Assembly: GCA_002779065.1 (NCBI GenBank)
Contig: PEXL01000035.1
Location: 1-36,624, forward strand
DNA length: 36,624 bases
Direction: 5' to 3'
DNA from: Candidatus Diapherotrites archaeon CG08_land_8_20_14_0_20_34_12
GTDB lineage: Archaea; Iainarchaeota; Iainarchaeia; Iainarchaeales; 0-14-0-20-34-12
Shown here piece by piece: positions 33,013 through 36,624 of this stretch. How positions within the stretch are numbered: position 1 is the stretch's first letter; every line of letters begins with the position of its first letter. The position numbers and the translations under genes are program-made. Under the pieces are notes generated by a model, which searched no databases, was not told the origin of the DNA, and saw nothing but the letters and a program-made list of their open reading frames with translations.

Positions 33013-33747
33013 ATGCCAACAAAAAGACCATCAAGAATTGCAAGAAGAATTATGTCTTTAAAAAGTGATTATCCAGACATTAAGCGAATTAAAGAAGTTA
33101 TTGCATCAGACCCTTATGCTCCTCCAAATATTTTGCAACAACAACTAATGCATTTAGGCATAACTGTTCCGCTTAGAAGATTGCAGATGATTAAAACACG
33201 ATTAAGGTTAAGAAGTGAAAGAATACAACACTCAGAACTCAGAAAGAAAGGGTCAAAGATAAAGAGAGTTATTATGGCTAATGAGGGAAAAACAAATGAG
33301 GACATTGCAAAGATACTTGCTGATGAAGGAATACGCACAACACCAGAAACTATTTCAATGTTTAGGGCACAAATGAAAAAAGCCGGAATTTCTGTTAAAA
33401 GAGCTCCATCAAAACAAACAACTAAAACAGCTGTTGTAAGAGCTGCGATACTTGAAGATCCTGATGCCCCTCCAAGAATCATAAGACAACAACTGTTACA
33501 TATTGGAAAAGATGTTCCCATACAAAGAATTGTTTCAAGAAGAAGACGTCTTGGAATAAAGGGATCAAAAGTGCAGTACCTTGACCTTAACAGCAAAGAA
33601 GCCGCAATAAGCAAAGCAATTTTCTACAACAAAGGGAAAAATACTGACGAAATACAAAAGGCACTTGCTACACAAGGAATTGAAACTACAAAAGGTTCAG
33701 TAAGAACAATAAGGGCTAAAATGCGAAGGGAAGGAATTGAAGCATAA
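33013..33747 (+). CDS. Basic protein built from an internally duplicated pair of HTH-like modules (four modules in total)
   Basis: 'DPYAPPNILQQQLMHLGITVPLRRLQMIKTRLRL' parallels 'DPDAPPRIIRQQLLHIGKDVPIQRIVSRRRRLGI'. 'NEGKTNEDIAKILADEGIRTTPETISMFRAQMKKAGI' parallels 'NKGKNTDEIQKALATQGIETTKGSVRTIRAKMRREGI'. Confidence 0.6.
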   Translation: MPTKRPSRIARRIMSLKSDYPDIKRIKEVIASDPYAPPNILQQQLMHLGITVPLRRLQMIKTRLRLRSERIQHSELRKKGSKIKRVIMANEGKTNEDIAKILADEGIRTTPETISMFRAQMKKAGISVKRAPSKQTTKTAVVRAAILEDPDAPPRIIRQQLLHIGKDVPIQRIVSRRRRLGIKGSKVQYLDLNSKEAAISKAIFYNKGKNTDEIQKALATQGIETTKGSVRTIRAKMRREGIEA

Positions 33748-33942
33748 TTATTTTATTCTTTTTTTAAGTTACTATTTTTTTATTTTATTATTTTTTTATT
33801 TTATTAATTAAAAAATTGCAAAATGCGGGGATTTGAACAGGATATATAAAAAATACATTGTATGAAAACTGAACTTTATTGATGATTTTTGGTTTGGAAA
33901 CCTAATTAAATGAGTTTAAGTAGAGCTTAAGACAATAATATA

Positions 33943-34175
33943 ACACCGACTAGGATAAATCGGTTGCCCTGGAAAGGGTGCGAGTATAGTAGCCTCTGTT
34001 CAGTGTTTAGTGAATCATGCGATGACTGGACTATAACTCATCGTTTGCGTCTGCACTGATTATGCTTGCTGATAGCGCGTAGTAGATAACCTGTCGAAAA
34101 ATTCAACATTGGTAGATAAAAACTAAATTAATGTCGATACAGGCACTATTACACCGAGTCCAGATGTCGGTTTTT
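33943..34175 (+). ncRNA. Candidate structured ncRNA of unassigned class, about 230 nt, ending in a T-run
   Basis: A GC-enriched island in AT-rich intergenic DNA with no ORF. Hairpins: ACCGA-N10-TCGGT at the 5' end and ACCGA-N9-TCGGT at the 3' end (same stem sequence), CCCT-GGAA-AGGG (33967..33978), CGATGA/TCATCG (34020..34043), and CCTGTCGA/TCGA-TA-CAGG (34090..34143). It ends in TTTTTATTTTT. Strand was inferred from the T-run only. Confidence 0.4.
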
Positions 34176-34208
34176 ATTTTTATAGATTAGAATAGGGATG
34201 AAATGTAA

Positions 34209-34355
34209 ATGAAGAAAAAAACAGTCAAAAAATTTGTTAAAAAATCAAAAACAGCAAAGGCAAAGAAAGCGCCTAAGAAAGGAAGAAGCCCAAGCAACAA
34301 AAGCAAGCTCTCTAAAGTTAAAAAACTAATTAAACTTTTTAAGTTAAAAAAGTAA
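34209..34355 (+). CDS. 48-aa extremely Lys-rich small protein (hypothetical)
   Basis: MKKKTVKKFVKKSKTAKAKKAPKKGRSPSNKSKLSKVKKLIKLFKLKK*. It could be an artefact of A-rich sequence. GGGATGA lies upstream. Confidence 0.25.
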   Translation: MKKKTVKKFVKKSKTAKAKKAPKKGRSPSNKSKLSKVKKLIKLFKLKK

Positions 34356-34422
34356 AAAAGCGGTAAATAAAACAGCCTCTATTTTCAAGTTAGTTAAAGG
34401 TCTTTTTAGCATTTTTCGCTTA

Positions 34423-34526
34423 TGTCAAAAACCACTGAATAAATTTGATGGCATGATTTTTGATATGCTTATCAGGTAAGTGGTTTTTGACAGACAATAC
34501 ATTCCACGGTTTAAAAACAGTGGAAT
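34423..34526. repeat. Two inverted-repeat pairs sharing an AAAAAC..(C/G)TGG core (ORB-like dyads?)
   Basis: TGTCAAAAACCACT (34423..34436) pairs with AGTGGTTTTTGACA (34479..34492). ATTCCAC (34501..34507) pairs with GTGGAAT (34520..34526), and the spacer is GGTTTAAAAACA. Confidence 0.6.
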
Positions 34527-34565
34527 TATTGGATTTAAAAACAAAATCGGTTTTCGATTTGTTAT

Positions 34566-34639
34566 AATTGCAAAATACACGCAATTGCAAAATACATGCA
34601 ATTGCAAAATACACGCAATTGATTTAAAAATACAATCGC
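34566..34639. repeat. 17-bp tandem array (3 good copies plus 1 degenerate), each junction forming the palindrome GCAATTGC; iteron or operator-like
   Basis: AATTGCAAAATACACGC (34566..34582), AATTGCAAAATACATGC (34583..34599), AATTGCAAAATACACGC (34600..34616), then the degenerate AATTGATTTAAAAATACAATCGC. Confidence 0.8.
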
Positions 34640-34762
34640 ATTCTAATTTATAATATTGCAAGAGACAAAAAAAAATAATTAACAAAAAGTGTCACTTGCT
34701 AGATAGTAAAAGACTAAATTTAAGAATTAAAATGTCTTTTACTATAATTTTATGGTGAACAA

Positions 34763-34891
34763 ATGAGTACACGGGCGAAAGACAGTTCAAGATTCAAAAA
34801 AACCAGGGCCCGGCAGAGATGGAAATGGCATAAGAAAAAGATGCGCAGAAAAAAGAGAAAGAAAAAACATCTCAAAGAGAGGGCTAAGTAA
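34763..34891 (+). CDS. rpl41e: 50S ribosomal protein L41e (archaeal long form)
   Basis: Hand translation gives MSTRAKDSSRFKKTRARQRWKWHKKKMRRKKRKKKHLKERAK*. The 'R.RWKW(H/Y)KK.(M/L)RR.KR' core matches archaeal/eukaryotic L41e as I recall it. It is below the ORF-track cutoff. Confidence 0.7.
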   Translation: MSTRAKDSSRFKKTRARQRWKWHKKKMRRKKRKKKHLKERAK

Positions 34892-35224
34892 ATAAATAGT
34901 GGATTGCGCTCTAAAAACAAAAATAATATTTATTGCATTAAATATTATGCAACACACTATTCGGGGAATCATAAAAATTGGTTTCCGCAAGAAAAAATTC
35001 AAAAAATAATTCTGATTGGGCACTATGTGCCCGCTGATTTTTTTATTTTAATGAACCCCAAATATAGCAAGCTGAAGGGCACTTTAGCATTAAAACTTGG
35101 GTCTGTTAAAAATGGGTTAGACGGCTTAAAACGGCAAAAGCCGGCAAAAGGTTTTTAAATACCGCTATGAGGTAATATATAGGAATAATAAAATATTCTA
35201 AATGCATTATTATTCAATCGTTGA

Positions 35225-35299
35225 CAGTGTTTCAAACTTGTATCTATAAATGCAATTATGCAACGTATAGGTATTTAAAAATATTAATTTGAAACACTG
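35225..35299. repeat. Inverted-repeat cassette 'D': 12-bp arms, 51-bp AT-rich spacer containing ATCTATAAAT, about 470 nt upstream of the 16S rRNA
   Basis: CAGTGTTTCAAA (35225..35236) pairs with TTTGAAACACTG (35288..35299). It shares the ACAGTGT core and spacer length with cassettes at 5440..5516 and 25873..25950, and shares ATCTATAAAT in the spacer with cassette C. Confidence 0.6.
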
Positions 35300-35766
35300 A
35301 GTCCCGATTTTGGGAATTATCAATATTGCATAAATGTCATAACCTTTTCGTAAAAAGGTTATTGTAAATTATCAACGACACTGTTGTCAAAAATGCATTT
35401 TGTTGTCATATTTATCTGTTATAGATAAAACCGTGCGTTGTTTTCACGCAGGGTCAATGTGTAGTTTAATGAACACATTGGAAAAGGATGAGCATTCAAG
35501 ATTTTTTGGATGTGATATTGGTTTAAGGTATAGGAAACCTGTACAGCCCATTCAATGTGTTGCACATAAATCAAATAATTTTATTTGAAATGTGTGTAAT
35601 ATATTGGCAATAAAACAAACGTCAATTTTATTGACTTGCAAATTTCATCCCATCATTTGATTTGAAATTTGCAGACATCATGTTGAAAGAAAAAAAATGA
35701 ACGGTGGCTAATTAAGCATTTGTTTTATTTTTTTCAATGTGGTGAAGTGTCCATTAAGTTATAATA

Positions 35767-36624
35767 ATTCCAGCTGATCCTGCTGGCGGGCACTGCTATT
35801 AGGATTCGGATAAGACATGCAAGTCTGAGAGTCTAGCTATGATGACTCTGGCGAACGGCTCAGCAACGCGTGGATAACCTACCCTTTAGAGGGATTAATC
35901 CCGGGAAACTGGGGCTAATATCCCATAGATAAGAGCTACTGGAATGTGTTCTTATTGAAAGAATTTGGTTCACGCATCAATTTTACTAAAGGATGGGTCT
36001 GCGTCGGACTAGGCAGTTGGTGAGGTAACTGCTCACCAAACCTAAGATCCGTACGGGCTTTGAGAGAAGCGGCCCGGAGAAGGGAACTGAGATAAGGTCC
36101 CTAGCTCTACGGAGTGCAGCAGTCGCGAAAACTTTACAATGCACGAAAGTGTGATAGGGGAATCCTAAGTGCTAGCTATGCTAGCTTTTGTTAAGCTCAA
36201 AAGGCTTGACGAATAAGTGGGGGGTAAGATACGTGCCAGCCGCCGCGGTAAAACGTACTCCACAAGTGGTGCTCTCTTATATTGGGCCTAAAACGTTTGT
36301 AGCCTGTTTGTTGTGTCCTTGGTGAAATCTGCTAGCTTAACTAGCTGAATTGCCAAGGAAACTAACTGACTCGAGATCGGAAGAGGTTGAAGGAATTTCA
36401 AGGGTAACGGTGAAATGTTATGATCCTTGAAGGACCACCAGTAGCGAAGGCGTTCAACCAGTACGAGTCTGACGGTGAGAAACGAAAGCTGGGGGAGCGA
36501 CCCGGATTAGATACCCGGTTAGTCCCAGCCGTAAACGATGTGGACTTAGTGTCTCAATACAGAAATGTATTGAGGTGCTGAAGCGAAGGCATTAAGTCTA
36601 CTGCCTGGGGAGTAAACTCGCAAG
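35767..36624 (+). rRNA. 16S rRNA, 5' portion (runs off the window end)
   Basis: It starts with ATTCCAGCTGATCCTGCTGGCGGGCACTGCTAT (archaeal 5' helix). It contains GTGCCAGCCGCCGCGGTAA (the 515 region) and GGATTAGATACCCGGTTAGTCC (the 787-806 region). Confidence 0.95.

Noticed and set aside
33825-33839. tRNA-like fragment GCGGGGATTTGAAC (reverse complement of a T-loop plus 3' stem)
   Set aside because: The adjacent sequence cannot form a T-stem (CCTG versus CCCC), and no D or anticodon arm follows. It is at most a short remnant and more likely chance.
33943-34175. Firm assignment of the structured segment as RNase P RNA
   Set aside because: The GGAAAG and ACAG-type resemblances are short, and I could not build a complementary P4 helix by eye. 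It is kept only as an unassigned ncRNA candidate pending covariance-model search.
34566-34639. CRISPR array
   Set aside because: The 17-bp units are directly tandem with no spacers, there are only 3-4 copies, and no cas genes other than a solo cas4-like gene 18 kb away.
35299-35315. GAGTCCCGATTTTGGGA resembles the tRNA-Glu att 16-mer (GAGTCCCGTTCGGGGCA)
   Set aside because: Only 8 nt match exactly before the alignment needs indels, and an 8-mer match is expected by chance in a window of this size on two strands.
34420-35588. Track ORFs 34420..34614, 34425..34685, 34787..35023, 34904..35158 and 35400..35588
   Set aside because: They lie in repeat-rich, AT-rich non-coding DNA or antisense to rpl41e. 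Their translations are low-complexity (Phe/Ile/Asn/Lys-rich) with no motifs or plausible start context.

Overview
Visibly AT-rich chromosomal window from a small-genome, DPANN-like archaeon. The archaeal call rests on a partial 16S rRNA 5' end, the L21e-RpoF-DUF655-Dim1 cluster, class I LysRS, FEN1, MBF1, a DGGGP-synthase-like UbiA protein, and ribosomal proteins L40e and L41e. Housekeeping genes are interleaved with many toxin-antitoxin or defence-type modules: two wHTH + RelE-like pairs, DUF2283, RHH/PIN, a solo Cas4-like nuclease, RelE/RHH, MazEF and AbiEi/AbiEii. There is also a set of secreted or membrane-anchored enzymes: two GH-like TIM-barrel proteins, a transglutaminase-like protease and an HExxH zincin. 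I found no CRISPR array, transposase, integrase or reverse transcriptase. The least explained signal is non-coding. (i) A 12-13 bp inverted-repeat cassette with a fixed 51-52 bp AT-rich spacer occurs three times: at 5.44 kb, upstream of tRNA-Glu, and upstream of the 16S. (ii) A modular repeat family built on a CCACA-NN-CTAAAG core occurs at 5.3-5.55 kb and just downstream of tRNA-Glu. (iii) The tRNA-Glu 3' end is duplicated as an exact 16-mer 1.87 kb downstream, bracketing an integrase-less AbiE islet. (iv) A roughly 230-nt GC-enriched structured segment is a candidate ncRNA. (v) An inverted-repeat plus 17-bp iteron-like array lies next to a gene for a protein with four HTH-like repeats. All functional calls come from reading motifs by eye; no searches were run.
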